Source: Octopus bimaculoides
Taxonomy: Eukaryota
Assembly (NCBI RefSeq): GCF_001194135.2
Contig: NC_068981.1
Location: forward strand, 70,451,037 to 70,515,036
Direction: 5' to 3'
DNA length: 64,000 nt
A model generated the notes under the pieces. It was given only the letters and a program-made list of their open reading frames with translations. It searched no databases and was not told where the DNA came from. The position numbers and the translations under genes were made by a program. Shown piece by piece: positions 26,700 through 41,278 of this stretch. How positions within the stretch are numbered: position 1 is the first letter of the stretch; each line of letters opens with the position of its first letter.

Positions 26700-27300
26700 G
26701 GGCATGATGTTAATAACTCATAGACATATTACTCCTCATGTATTTTGAGGAGTGAAAGTGTCCAAGATTAAGAATGTTTTATGAGAATATGCACTTTTAA
26801 GTCTCTTTCAAAACTGCAGCCTTTTGATGTAAAATGTCTGGCAAGTTCTGTCGAACTACCGTAATTGTACCTGACGTCATATCTGTGCCCATTGAATCTT
26901 TTGTTTACTTGTTCTGTTGTACAAACAGCATAACTGAAGTTGAGTTTGGTACATTCTGCTGCGTACACCAAATGGGAATCTCTACATGTCTCACCTTCTG
27001 TGTAAATCATGATATTTCTGCCATGATTCCCGATAGAATTGACCTGACTCATGTTGTTGCCCAATGAACAAGGCTTATCTCTCTTGCAGCCCTTTTTCAA
27101 GGAACAGCGTGCAGAAATTCCAGTGTTAGTTTTCTTGGAGTCAGAAATAGAGGTTTTTCTATTTTAGTCTATATCAATTTAAATAAAGTTTATATGATGT
27201 CTTCTTTGTCGGCAGCTTAGGATCTTCATTTAATGTACATTATTTATATTAGAGAGTGGTTCCTTGTAAAGACAGCCTGTTTGTTGGTCAACAGAGTTAA
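26700..27300 (-). mobile_element. Penelope-like GIY-YIG endonuclease fragment
   Basis: KKGCKRDKPC..TCRDSHLVYAAECTK..YAVCTTEQVNKRFNGHRYDV..TELARHF (26768-27100): CxxC, VY-C-Y, RFNGH and ARHF motifs. Confidence 0.75.
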
Positions 27301-28179
27301 TTTACCCCCATTTAAGCAACACGCGAGCTCCTGACGATAACACCGATTTCCTTTACCGTGCCTGATGTAGTTGTCACAATAAGGCTTTCAGAAAAGCTAG
27401 GCTTTGCCAGTTGTTGATGAAATATGATGCCTTTCCGTCTCACTATGTCCGATACTTATAATATCAAGACTCTAAACATTGCTGTTAAACTCTAGTCTAT
27501 ATTACTTTCATTATTTATACTATCACCAATAACAGCTAATATTAATACCATTATTTATTGTATTCAGATTCACTTCTTTACTAAATATAATGGAACACTT
27601 AACAAATGTTTGCAAGCAATGTTCCCTGTAACTGTGTTTACATTCGTCTTCCGTTTGGTTGAATATTTATTTTATTCTGGTATGCTATTCTTTATTACGA
27701 ACATGTGTAATTTACATATTACTGTTCAAAGTTCGATTGTAACGTTAAATGAAGTATGTCTATTGATTAAATATACATTCAATGTCTAAGCAATAATAAC
27801 TGTTGAATTTAGCTAGCGACTACAAATAATATTTGTGTTTGTAATCTACTCACAATATATGAATGTGTGCGCGCATGTGCCTGTGCGCACGCGCATCTAA
27901 ATCATTTTCCTCTATATTAAGATATATTATAAAGTACTTCAAAATTCTAACATAGCTTAGCAGATTCCGTGCCAACAAAACACCAAGGAGCAATACATGT
28001 GGTTTTACAACAGTTGTATGAAATATATTGCGAATTCCATTTTTAAGCAAAAGGCACATGGAAATAAACCTCGGTATTCAGAATAACATACCATGATTCC
28101 ATTGCATGGTTCTTTACATTAATTTGATCTATGACTTTTGAACTTGGCGGTAGGGCGCCAAACAAGAGTATTTAGTTTC

Positions 28180-29620
28180 TAGTTGTATACGTTATATGTT
28201 GCGAGATCATTAAAATACCAGTACCAGGATCTAATTAACAACGCCTGAACCAGCATCTGTAACCGGTGTAAACTTTCAGCGAGGGTCAAAAGGAACTTCA
28301 CTACATGCAACAGCAAATTGCGTACATTTGACCACTCAATTAAGACCCATAGTCTCCGACACAGAGGGAGGGACCATCTTGTAAAATCCCGTGTCTCCTA
28401 TTCACAATCCGGAGACACTCTGTTGACATAACCACTGCATGTCAACAGTCTGGTTGAGATCATCCAACGACTATACCGACACATTCAAACGCAACAGTTA
28501 TATTTTCAAACTAGACGTGATATCACTCTACACTTCGGTTCCTGACCTCTCCGCGATGGCCTGATGACAGAATGTTGTCGCCTCTTCAAACGAACCATAT
28601 CCGTTATCTTCCAGTTACTTTCAGTGATAGTTGCCAACAAAAAGTTTGATTTCCTCTGCAATGCATATAAACAGCGTTCAGGTCTATCTGTGGTGTGCAG
28701 TCACTCAAGTCTGCTTGCCTTGGTTTACCTGGACCGGTTGGAGCACAGAGCACTCAGTATCTGTGCCGTTCTCACCAGGTAGGTGGACAATATCTTCAGC
28801 CTCATTTCATCTCATGAGAATGCCTCCACAACACTGGAAACTCTCAACGTTATGGTCCTGCACATTGTTCTCACCATCGAACTTCCGAACGACGATGGTT
28901 CCCTCATCTAGATTGACTTTCCTTTAAACATCATGGACGGGAATGAACTGACATAGTGTTCTACCGAAAGGCGGTTTGCCGAGACCTTTTTGTCCGTTAC
29001 AAATTGGACCTCCCGCTGAGTGATAAGATCAACTACATACAAAATGAGAATGCCCATATACAACAGATGCAGTGAGAGCACCAGATAGGACACACGGTCT
29101 GCACAGTTCCTCAAAATATTTGAAACCCACGGATACCCAGAATCCGTTGCAAACACCCAACACAGATAAAAACCATATAAATGGAATCTCTTTACGACCT
29201 GCTTTCTGACGATTGCCACCTTTAACGAGAAGGCCATCCGTAAGACTATCCGCATGGAAGGACTGGCTATCCTGCTAGTCTACTTGGGCCATCTTTGCTT
29301 AGACACCTGTAGTCGAGACGATCAAACATAGAACAACAGGCAAGCACACTGGTAAACTGTCCTATCCGGGACACAAGCAAGTGTCTGCGAATATACGTGG
29401 AGTACTAGATACAGTGTTCCAAATGCGGTGACTATTAAATCGATACTACAATCCGACCGTTCTATATGTGACTAAAAGAACGCCTGACTACCAATGCGTC
29501 TTCAACAAGTATTTAATTAAATGCGGCAACACTACCTAAGAAATAGATGCTTCAATACTGGCAACGGAGTAGAATAAAGGGAATTTCCATATGATGGAGC
29601 TTTACAGATCCTGCAAATTA
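28180..29620 (-). pseudogene. Heavily decayed L1/Tx1-like LINE ORF2 (RT to C-terminal CCHC region)
   Basis: Higher-GC block with motif-like remnants in the expected order on the minus strand: LQINLQD, IFADT, LSVLGVCNG (ILGVWFG-like), CE*ETRDF..W..PLCRRLWVLIE (zf-RVT-like). Many stops and frameshifts. Confidence 0.45.
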
Positions 29621-30341
29621 ATCTGAAGATCAATAGTCTATCGGGGTTTTGCTGGTGGCTTCTATAAACTATCAACGACCCCCTACATCACTACGAACAC
29701 GACAATCATCATCAGCACTTCGACTGTGATTGGTACTATTGCCTACCAGCACTGAGTTCGCAGCCATCATAGACATCATCGCTGCAGATGCCTGCCACAA
29801 TGTGCGATGTGTATTGTTGATGTGGTCAGCCACTACCTAGTCAATGACTACAAGTATATACCCTCCCTCTCTACTACCACAATATTTACGAATATGGTCA
29901 ACAAAATTGATGTTGACAACGACATCACCAATTACTACAACAAAATTTACCATCGCTACGGCCATCGATTACTACCACGGCATTTACCACCATTGACGAC
30001 CACCTTCATTACCATTGCTTATACTTCCATAAATATTTTGCTTTTTCCTACATGTTTATCATTGTAGCACTATTTATGACAAATAATTTACCCTTGGAGT
30101 GTAGGAAGTACGGAGATAAGTTATATATCGGCAAGTCATACCTGTTTTTCAGTTTCATGTCTTTATTACAATAATTATATTTTTCTGTTTTAGAATGGTC
30201 TATAGGTCACCAAAATATTTTCCTTCATCAAAATATACAATTATTTTTGTTAAGATAGTTATTTAGATGAATACACTTGTTGAGAAATAAAATTTCATTT
30301 GTCACTATTTTCATCTAGCAGACTTTTACTAATACCTAGTA

Positions 30342-30429
30342 CAGAGGTTCCCAATCTGGGTTCCACGGACCCTTGGTGATCGGCAAAGTTAGTACTGGGG
30401 GTCCGTGGGCTGAATTCAAAACTTTGTGT
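30342..30429 (+). mobile_element. hAT/Charlie-type DNA transposon terminus running into an N-gap
   Basis: CAGAGGTTCCCAATCTGGGTTCCACGGACCC...GGGGGTCCGTGG matches the Charlie-like terminal pattern; it is preceded by acctagta. Confidence 0.55.
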
Positions 30430-31030
30430 NNNNNNNNNNNNNNNNNNNNNNNNNNNNNNNNNNNNNNNNNNNNNNNNNNNNNNNNNNNNNNNNNNNNNNN
30501 NNNNNNNNNNNNNNNNNNNNNNNNNNNNNNNNNNNNNNNNNNNNNNNNNNNNNNNNNNNNNNNNNNNNNNNNNNNNNNNNNNNNNNNNNNNNNNNNNNNN
30601 NNNNNNNNNNNNNNNNNNNNNNNNNNNNNNNNNNNNNNNNNNNNNNNNNNNNNNNNNNNNNNNNNNNNNNNNNNNNNNNNNNNNNNNNNNNNNNNNNNNN
30701 NNNNNNNNNNNNNNNNNNNNNNNNNNNNNNNNNNNNNNNNNNNNNNNNNNNNNNNNNNNNNNNNNNNNNNNNNNNNNNNNNNNNNNNNNNNNNNNNNNNN
30801 NNNNNNNNNNNNNNNNNNNNNNNNNNNNNNNNNNNNNNNNNNNNNNNNNNNNNNNNNNNNNNNNNNNNNNNNNNNNNNNNNNNNNNNNNNNNNNNNNNNN
30901 NNNNNNNNNNNNNNNNNNNNNNNNNNNNNNNNNNNNNNNNNNNNNNNNNNNNNNNNNNNNNNNNACTAGTACATTGCATTTTTTTTCAGTTCGTTTGCAT
31001 CATTTTTGCGTTTAACATTAACATGTGCAG

Positions 31031-31160
31031 ATTCAGCCGAGGTTGACTTTGCCTTTCATCCTTTTGGGATCAATAAAATAAATACCTGTTGAAAACTGGA
31101 GTCAATGTAATCGACTTACCCCTCCCCCAAAATTGCTGGCCTTATGTCAAAATTTGAAAT
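31031..31160 (+). mobile_element. tRNA-derived SINE family A, 3' half (tandem with next copy)
   Basis: gccgaggttgactttgcctttcatccttttggg..gctggccttatgtcaaaatttgaa matches the 3' half of 31180-31391. Confidence 0.8.
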
Positions 31161-31179
31161 CAATATTAAGTAGCATGTA

Positions 31180-31391
31180 AGGCGGTGATCTGGCAGAAAC
31201 GTTAGCACGCCGGGTGAAATGCTTAGCGGTATTTTGTCCGTCTTCATGTTCTGAATTCAAATTCTGCCGAGGTCAACTTTAACTTTCATCCTTTTGGGAC
31301 CGATAATTTTAAGTTTCAGTTGATCACTGGGGTCGCTGTAATTGATTTATACCCTCTCCTGAACTTGCTGGCCTTGTGCCAAATTTTGAAA
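31180..31391 (+). mobile_element. tRNA-derived SINE family A, near full length
   Basis: The head ggcggtgatctggcagaaacgttagcacg (A-box-like) and gttctgaattcaaattc (B-box-like) are present; the family recurs at 10150, 31031 and 55334. Confidence 0.85.
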
Positions 31392-33639
31392 TGAATATTT
31401 ATTAGCATGATCTTTTATAATTTAGAGGAATAACTTACTTTCCATTTTCATCAGAATATTAAGCTGACTGGAATGTCATTTGAAACATTTAGGTTACACC
31501 TTATGTATTTGCTATTTTTAGAGTATTCTTTAATTAATATAAAAACATATCAGGTCACCAGCAGCGTACTATATCCTATGTAATATTACTGAAGGGTTGA
31601 TATTATTGCATGCTATGATGTTGTCTAATATACTTAACTGTCATTGTCTGTGGTTGTTTGTCATATTTGACAGTGATTACAATGCTCAAATGCCGAAGCT
31701 GTTTAAATTTTTAAACTTACTTTTGTGAACTCATGTAACTGGCGTAAATACAAAAACTGGCAACGGAGATTTAAAGTTCTAATCGTCAGCAAAGAAAACT
31801 AATATAAAGAATCTAATAATCATGTAAATCTTGACAGCTCTTAAGAAAGTTAGACATATTTATTACAATTTAACTCAAAACTGCTTATACAAGACACTAA
31901 ACATAAAGTGGTTAAGCGAAATTTTCTTGCATTATGTAGCATGAATGCGATCATTAAATAGCAAGATGGCTTATATGCTACAAGAATTTAAGATTATTCA
32001 TTTGAAGATTGAAGATTTGAAATGTGCATCCAAAAAAATTTCATTAAACGTAAAGGAAGACCTATTTACACTGGTTAAAATGTTTGCCTCTTAATCAAAA
32101 GCAAGGAAATCGACGAATGAAATGCTGCTAAATGATTCTAAATGTAAAAAATGTGCATTCAAAGATAACCCAGAAACATTGTTTGTTTCGATTTATTTTT
32201 CATAAATAGAAACTACTTTTTCTCAAAGGTAAACATTCTCAATTAGCTAAGAAATTCGGCTGAAGTGTCGATTTCACATTTAGTTAGCTCTGTGATACAG
32301 TTCGGGTGAGCACTTACTAACACGTAAGCATTGTATATTACGAGCAAGGATTCGTGTGATAGGATGTCCACTTAATTACAAGTAACAGATTAACAATACA
32401 TGAAAAACAAATCATGGAACAATTCTCTTTCCGCCCGACAAATATTGTGATAATTGTGCTATTCAGTAAGATCTACACTCCAAATTTATTGTATTCATTT
32501 AGATCTGTCGGATGCTAAATAGTGTATTAGTGAAGAAAAGATTCTGCAACTTATGGAAATTGTATCTGGTTAAAGCTAAATTACACGCACACCTAGTTGA
32601 AATTCAATGGTTTAGTGACACAACGAATTCCATAATTCTTCCTTGTTAAGCGTTTATCATTAAGCATCCTGTTTACTAACTGAAATCTAACATCTCAGAT
32701 TTTTTCAAAACTAAAAACCTAGTTGATATTTGTAATTGTAAGCAATTTTCGCAGTGGATTGAAGGCAGGATTCTCATTGTATGAAAACAAAATTATTCAT
32801 TTCATTCGTAGAACATTATCAGTATTCTTCGCAGTTTCATAGCTTTCCTTACAAATACAGCACATTCTAACACACATGTTGAGGATCTAATTGCTACTAA
32901 TTCACAGAAACCTTCAAATATCATTTTAATGCATAAGCAGCTAAGGATCGCATTGAGGTAGAAATGATCTATTTATGACTCTTTAAAAAATTAACCAAAC
33001 AGTCAGCTGAAACAAAACAAAAGCATGATAGCATCCTTCATTAAAAAAATAGATACTTATTCTCGGATATTTAATTTCAATACTTCTGCCTGCAATTCAT
33101 GTTGTACACAAGAATGTGCATACTGATACATCGCTCAAATTGCAAAAGTTGAAAAGCTTATGTATGTATAGGGCATCCGTACAAAACTCTAGGAAAGCGT
33201 GATTCAACGTTGTGAAACAAAATCTCTGTATCTCCCTATAAAATCTTGGAAAACGTAAGGATGTTTCTCTGTTGCATTGTCTCTATATTTGATGTTCTGA
33301 CGACAGCGGAGAGCCATACACATAATAAATGGATACGTCAGTTCAGTTGGAAAGATTAATGGCTGTTAGCTATATATTTTTTTTTTTTCATTTTTCTTTT
33401 TTGAGCCATTACAATGTATTTGATAGAAGCAAGTTACCGTCAGTAGTGAAATTTCCTGCAATACAGTTTAGCGCTTCAGTAATCACTTTTCACGGAGTTC
33501 TTGCGTTATCTTATATAAACGTTTGCAGACACAATATCTCAGTTATATTCAGATGTGAAAAGACTCAGTGTCGCTTGAAAAACGTATCTTAAGTATGCTT
33601 TCTAAGCATGGCTAATTGTGGTAATTTCACGACTAGGCC

Positions 33640-34169
33640 GAGTATGTTTGCATCGTCATCCTCCGTAGAGGTGTCACGAACTTTTGTGAACTCCTTTGCT
33701 AATTATCCACAATAGTCTATACTGCTACCGCTACTGGACGCAGGCTGGTTCATATTAAACCTAACGAATAGTAGAGAACCACTTCATCAACGATTTGCAA
33801 TCGCAAAAGAAGCTTGGATATAATTATTATCTTTTGTACTTGGAGAAATATAACAGTTAACGAAGTCTATCAACATTTAAAAGCATGCGGGTAACATCTG
33901 CATACTGTTTCTGTCTACAGCATCCATGATATCTTTCCATATCTTTATAGAGGAAATATTTTTCCAATTGTTTTACAGGCGAGGTCTTGATCGGGATCAA
34001 AAAATGTAACATTTAGCTTTGTAAAAGTCTCAATCTCATATTGTGATTTTGAATAACCTTCGTGTTTTATGATAGCTAGTTTATAAAAGCCATCTGATGT
34101 TTTGAAATTACCGTTACAGACTTTTGTAATTATTGTAAACAGAGGAAAATTAGTGATATTTTCTGACAT
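33640..34169 (-). pseudogene. Possible TIR-domain-like coding relic (weak)
   Basis: YKLAIIKHEGYS..KLNVTFFDPDQDL, then after a frameshift WKDIMDAVDRNS..DFVN..QASFAIA; loosely follows TIR box1/box2 and helix order. Stops are present. Confidence 0.2.
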
Positions 34170-34394
34170 TTACTCACACTTAAAAGAAAATGTAATTAAT
34201 GCACATTTTTTTTTTATCAAATGATGTCAAATAAATTATTTTATTCGATCGTTGCACTTGATAGCAATATTCGTACTAAATACTCATTACCATTTTCCAA
34301 ATAATCATTCTTGTTATTATTTTACTACAACAACCACAACAACCGATATTATTACTACCACTATCAATATCAAGAGCAACAACAGTAACTATAA

Positions 34395-34414
34395 CAATAA
34401 CAACACAACAACAA

Positions 34415-34498
<84 letters not shown>

Positions 34499-34510
34499 TC
34501 ATAATAATAT
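34395..34510. repeat. (AAT)n microsatellite
   Basis: Directly visible. Confidence 0.97.
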
Positions 34511-37500
34511 TTTTAATGTAATTGGCTTTACTTTATTATTATCTATTGATTGAAGTGTTGCTAATTATTTGAAGTTTATTCAGTAATCAATCGGCAAATA
34601 ACAGCATTCCCCAAACTCTGAAGATGAAATTGCCCAAAGTTAATAAACCATGAAAAGTAGACGATGAGAATAATTAATGTAATGCTATACGGTTCACTTA
34701 ATGAGAATTTGATTTTTTATTGTCTTTATGTGATTAGTAAAATTTAGCGAAGCCTTATTATACCTATTAAATTAAGAGAGAAATGTAATTATCCTAATAC
34801 TCGCAATTCTAAATTGCATTTCAATTTAATTTACATCGAAATAATTTCTCACGTACGTGTATGTCTATTCTAATTACTTTCATATTGTTTTTCTATTTCA
34901 ATTTTCATAGCAGTCCATGAGAATTTTAAAACAAGAAATGACGGCGATAAATTTCGATTGCAATCGAGAATATGAATATGTATCCTGATAGAGAGATTGA
35001 AAGAATAGTCAAATCGGTAATGAATTCAGAATCAGGGTCGAGACAAATGCAACTAAAGTACAACGTATTTATTTTGATGATCGACTGCTTCAAAACGAAA
35101 AAGATGTGAAATTACAAACTAATTATTAATCTATATATTAGTCTACTATTGTATCGAAATTGAAAATTCTGAATATTTAAATGGAACGATCCACAAATAT
35201 TGAGCAGTGTTTTGAAATATTTTTATTTGCATCTTTCTTTGGTGTATATAATTTTAGTTTCAAATAGATTTCTTTACCTACTTCAGTTCAAATAAAAAAT
35301 TTTAGAATGCTATGACATTTTATTTACGTTTTCGGTGTCAAATTATTTGTCGTGATTCTGCTGCAGGGTCACCGATGCACTTCTACCTTACATACTTCAA
35401 ACATAGTTAAAGAAAAGGTCTTATAAACCTCAATACTTTCTCTCGCGCTTTCTTTCTTGTTTTACTTACTTGCACATGAATATGTTATTCACTTATATAA
35501 TCTAGAAGTGACTAATGACAACTCTTACCAGAAGATTCTAGACTTTATTTCTTGTCTTATTACAATAATGTTTATTTTATTATCTCCATAACGCATTTTG
35601 TTATCTTTTATTTTTCGCTTTCATTTTTTGTCATTCTTGTCATATCGCCTTTATATGCCATTATAGTCAACTCTGAATTTATGCAGACCATGTATGTAAT
35701 ATATAAATATGAAGTACTTTCACGCATCTTTATGGAAACGTCTACAGAAATTACTTTCTTGGTATTCAAAATAAACTGGATAAATCAACAAACTATAAAA
35801 TTGGTATATGGTGTTCAATAACTGAAAAATGTGCTTTTGCTCTCAGTTACAATTGACAGAAGGAGGCTGAAGACAGACTAGGTGATGCAGTCTATGGCAG
35901 TCTGATAAGTTAAAAGTACACGAAGGAAAGCGATTTAAGTGCTGGATGCTCATGTATATATACAGGATTACATACGAGTACAAACACGTAGAAGTGTTTT
36001 AATTTGGTTAATCAATGACCTAACAAACAAAACACAACGCCGTTTGTGTTAGGAAGACTAATTTTAAACCAAAGAGAATATATGAGTATTTAATTTCATA
36101 TGTGTGTGAGTGTGGGGGGGTGCGCGCGCGCGTGTGTATGTAATTGCATTTGTATATTAAAAATAAAGGAGAAAATGTCCTGAGAAATATATCATGAATA
36201 AAGGAAAGAAAATATGCTTCTGGTTTCAATTGTAAGAAAATTTAGTCATGCAATTGGTAAAAAAAAGTCATGTAAATTGAATTAAATGTATTTTTTATTA
36301 GAGTGCTTTCGAAAGTTGAAATGCTTTCTTACAATAATCACAAAATACACATAACAGTTGTTATTAATCTCTTTCTGATGACAGCTGGGTCATAATAGTT
36401 GTAGTAACAATTTTAGCACTGGCAGTTGTCTATTGTTCATTGCTGAAAATGCTGATGTTAGTAAGTGGCTCGTAATTGTGGTAGAAATCATATAGTGGCG
36501 GTGACATTAGTAATAGAAGTAAGTAATATGTTAGTGATCATAGTTGTACTAGTAGCTGTATCAGCCTTATGAATAAAGTCAGTAGTAGCTGCAGTAGCAG
36601 CTTAGCCAGAAGTTGTATTATTAGTGGCAGAAATGCAATCAGCCGAAGATGTAGTGAAGGTATTTGTTCCTCTCCTTCAGTAGCATTATATGTAGTCGTA
36701 GCGGCAGTAATATTTTCTGTCTAGCAGTCATTAATAAGTGGTCGTATTTCACTATAAACATTGTTTCATTGTCCATACATTGCTGTTCTTACATCTAATT
36801 ACAATTGCAATGATGGCATAGAATTCTCCAGAAAATGGTGACACGCATAAGAGTTTTACGGCAAGAATAATAATGATTAATCGATAGTTAAAAACAACAG
36901 CGAATATAATCCACAATAAAAGGAATGGGGAACAAAAGCCTTGAGCATTCGGTAAGTAGATATGACAATGTAAAATAAAATTTTTAAAAAATAAACAGCA
37001 TTTAGGTTTTAGAAAAATGAATTGGACAAGATAAAGGAGTTTATAAAAAGATAAAGAATTAACAATTAATGAGGGCGATAACAAAACTTAAATAGTCTTG
37101 ACGAATACAGAATAGAAGACATATCACGTGACTTCTACTCGCCACAAGAAATAATGAGAAAACATAGACTATAAAATAACTTATATACCGAAAACGTCTC
37201 GCCTTTAAAAAATACTACTCAGCTGTAAATCTATATTGATTCTTTTATTTCACAGAGTTTGAGAAACTAAGTAAGTCATGCAAAAGAACCACACACATAT
37301 ACATGAATATTCTTTCAACAAATGAGCTAAAATAATGACCAATAATATATGGTCATGACATTTTGTTTACTGTAAGAAGTCACCGACTAAGTAATATTTT
37401 ACGCATCCTGTTCAAGCCATTTCTCAAAAAATTTAGAGGTTTTATGAGAAATGACCTAGATATGCTAGGTCGTTATAATCTTACTTCAACTGGTACTGAA

Positions 37501-37923
37501 AAGGTAATGAAAAACATTTGTAGCTTTCGATTTAGTAAATCTTTATACAAAAGTACATGCATTTTAAATCATAAAATACATAGATACCGGTACTAAAATC
37601 AACATAGACACACACACAAATGTCATATAAATAAATACATAATTCTCTTAAAGAATAAACAAATATACAGAATATAAACATTCACACTCATCCATAAACG
37701 CAAGACCACATAACACATCGACACTCTGAAAAGCAATACAACACATTGCGCAGACATACGCAAACACAGCACACGCAGAAACAATCTCACAAAACTTCAT
37801 TATCACCATAGCATCATCAATATCACAATTATCATCTTTATCAACAAACTATAAACGACGCATTAATATACACACATGAATATAACTAAAGGTGGTATGA
37901 ATGTGTCGCAGTAGTGGCTGTGT

Positions 37924-38224
37924 AGGCGCAGGAGTGCCTGTGTGATAAGAAGCTTGCTTCCCGACCACATGGTTCCGAGTTCAGTCCCACTGCGTGGCTC
38001 ATTGGGAAAGTGACTTCTACTACAGCCTCGGGCCGACCGAAGACTTGCGAGTGATTTGGTAGGAAAACTGAAAGAAGCCCGTCGTATATATATATATATA
38101 TATATATATACACAAAAAAATAAGTCTTACAAAGAATAAGTCCTGGGTGTCTATATGTTCGACTAAAGGTGGTGCACAAGCATGGCCGCAGTCAAATTAC
38201 TGAAACAAGTAAAGAAATAAAAGA
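37924..38224 (+). mobile_element. tRNA-derived SINE family B (OK/OR-like octopus SINE), with internal (TA)n
   Basis: aggcgcaggagtgcctgtgtgataagaagcttgcttccc..ggttccgagttcagtcccactgcg (A/B boxes) and tail gcatggccgcagtcaaattactgaaacaagtaaa; homologous to 45424-45823. Confidence 0.88.
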
Positions 38225-38779
38225 AGAAAACAATAAACATGCAATTTTCACTTCTAGACAACTTCATTCCTTGTAAATGTGTTTTAATGCAAAAAAAAAA
38301 CAGCACTACAAAACGCACAGCAAACAGCAGACACAGTTATTATAAGGGAAGATTCACACCTCATTACACAATATATTGACCCCTGGCATCCTGACTGACA
38401 TGACAGAAATAGAAAAATATAGAATTCAAGCAAACACGTTTCAAAATAAAATAAATAAAAGCGTAACGTGCACATATTTAACTTTTATACACTCATATAT
38501 GCGAAAGACTTTCAAAATATACACGCACACAAACACTGTGTCACAAAGTAAACTACTTCATGCATACATGTCTACGCAAAAACAATTAACGTAATCACAC
38601 AGCCTAGCAATTCACTCGCATACACACAACAGAAAATGTATACTTATGTATATCTTACTTTCTTGCACACCTATATTATACATAACCACTACATATAAAT
38701 AAAACCAGTTCTCACATCGACTAAACTCCACGCACACATGATACGCACACACGTACGTATGTACGCTTGAATGTAGGAA

Positions 38780-38793
38780 TGTATGTATGTATG

Positions 38794-38827
<34 letters not shown>

Positions 38828-38845
38828 TGTATGTATGTATGTATA
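38780..38845. repeat. (TATG)n microsatellite
   Basis: Directly visible. Confidence 0.95.
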
Positions 38846-41179
38846 CATCTGCGAATATTGGAAATATACGCAGAACGACTTACACACGTACACGCACATT
38901 TATCTTACACATACACATATGCGTACACTGAAAGGAAACAACTGTTACTGCATACTACTATACAGAAACACAATAAGAAGCACACATAAGCCAATACAAA
39001 TGTACAGTGCATGCATGCATGCAATTAGACAATACGAACGCTCGCAGAAACACGCTTGCATTCAGAATCACATATATTGTATATACATTGAGAAATACAA
39101 TCAACATATTGAAAATTTATTTACATTATATTATAATTACATTATAAAAAGATATGATATAATATGATATAACAAATAATTGAAACAAATATGTATCCTG
39201 CAATTTGTTTCGATTCATATCTACTAGTGAATTTATAAAAAAATTCACATTTATGCATATGAGTCTCGTCAGGGTAAATATTTGTCTAAAAACAAACCAA
39301 AATTTCATGCAAGGACTGCGAAATCATAAAATAGACTGATTTAAAATATTCCTGTGTTTACAAGCGTGTGCGTTAATTATTTTAAAATATAATAGATATA
39401 ATAACAAAACCAAAATTCAAATAGATAAAATAAATTAAATAAACAAAACAATTACAGCGGTTATAAAATGTTCTAATCCAGCTTTAATAATATTAATCTA
39501 AAGATATTTTAATCTCATATAATCTCTGTCAATTTTTATTGTGTAATAAGTTTTATATATGTTAAGAATTTATTTTGTAGTAGGAAATATATTTTATTTA
39601 AAATTTCTACATAATATTACGAAAAAGTAAATAAGGATATAATTTATTCAGACACTAAATTCATTAAAATACTTTTAATCAACGATTCATTAATTCCCTA
39701 GTTTCTGTATAAAGTTGCGATTATTATAAACTATAATATTTCTTAAAAATAATCAGAATTTTATTTAGTTTTACAGAAGTAATTAAATTAGAGTAAGCGA
39801 ATAGTTTTATTATTCAATTATTTTTATGTGCATATAATTTCAAAAGCACTTAATATGATGATATATACTAAATATTATAGGGTTTACAAAAAATATTGAT
39901 ATATCCATAATTATTCAAAAGAATTATTGTAATCTATTTATGCCTACTAATATAAACATTATCCTTAATAAATAACAAGTAAATAACACAAATTAACTTA
40001 GTTTATCAGAGGAAAATATCACTGTAATTCAATGCTTATATATTTATACATTCATTGCTTGCGGGAAAATAACCAGAAATACGTACCTCTAATAGAAATG
40101 CTTTTAATCACGATAGGGTGTATTTAAAAATTATTTATGTATTAATATTATTAAATTAAATTTATATACTTCTAATGGTTATATATAAAGATGATATCAT
40201 AATTAAAACTTATATCTTAAATTTAACTACGTGTATAATTTACACTAAGTCAAATATACAATGGAACTTAATACAAAATTTATTAATTAATCCACTGAAA
40301 TATTATAAATATCATCATTAATATACTAATTTAAAGCTACAAACCATTCAGTATAAATAAAGAAGTTACACATAATTTAGTATGATAACAACATTTAGCC
40401 GCAGATAAAATTACGTTAAAAAATGTATTCACGTTATAAACTGTTTGAAAAAATCTCGAGGAAACAAAAAAAAAAGTTGTTCACGTCATCTTCCATAAAT
40501 TCAAACTTTTATCGCAATCTAATGCACCAATGAATTTTTTATCTAAAAAAAAATAGTATCACTTTATTTATTCATCATTCATTGATATGTTTATCCATTT
40601 ATTTATTTAGCATGTATACAAATTCGAATATATATATATATAAATAAATATATATATACATACACATATATATAGACAAATGCTAATCACATGTGCATAT
40701 GCACACGTATACACACATACACATATACATACACATAAATCATANNNNNNNNNNNNNNNNNNNNNNNNNNNNNNNNNNNNNNNNNNNNNNNNNNNNNNNN
40801 NNNNNNNNNNNNNNNNNNNNNNNNNNNNNNNNNNNNNNNNNNNNNNNNNNNNNNNNNNNNNNNNNNNNNNNNNNNNNNNNNNNNNNNNNNNNNNNNNNNN
40901 NNNNNNNNNNNNNNNNNNNNNNNNNNNNNNTATATATAAGCACCAATGCATGTGCATATATACATATATATATATATAAATAAATATATATATACATACA
41001 CATATATATAGACAAATGCTAATCACATGTGCATATGCACACGTATACACACATACACATATACATACACATAAATCATATATACATACCTAATCAGATA
41101 CACATATATACAAACATATATACATATAGTACGCACATCTATATAGGCAACGTATATATATAGATATTTGGACAGACAC

Positions 41180-41278
<99 letters not shown>

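Noticed and set aside
29660-30020. CAC/CAT/TAC-rich stretch with an 86-aa ORF; similar AGT/AGC-rich stretch at 36400-36740
   Set aside because: Best explained as decayed trinucleotide microsatellite; no domain-like segments.
36927-36957. ATG GGG AAC AAA AGC (MGNKSLEHS) followed by a GTAAGT donor
   Set aside because: Too short, and there is no promoter or downstream exon evidence; expected by chance.
39380-40400. Scraps resembling mitochondrial 16S/12S rRNA (reverse complement)
   Set aside because: The matches are short and AT-rich, and they miss the most conserved rRNA motifs; kept only within the general AT-rich finding.
40619-41085. Direct repeat of about 125 bp on both sides of the 40745-40930 gap
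   Set aside because: Identical sequence flanking a gap is typical of unmerged contig overlap; likely an assembly artefact.
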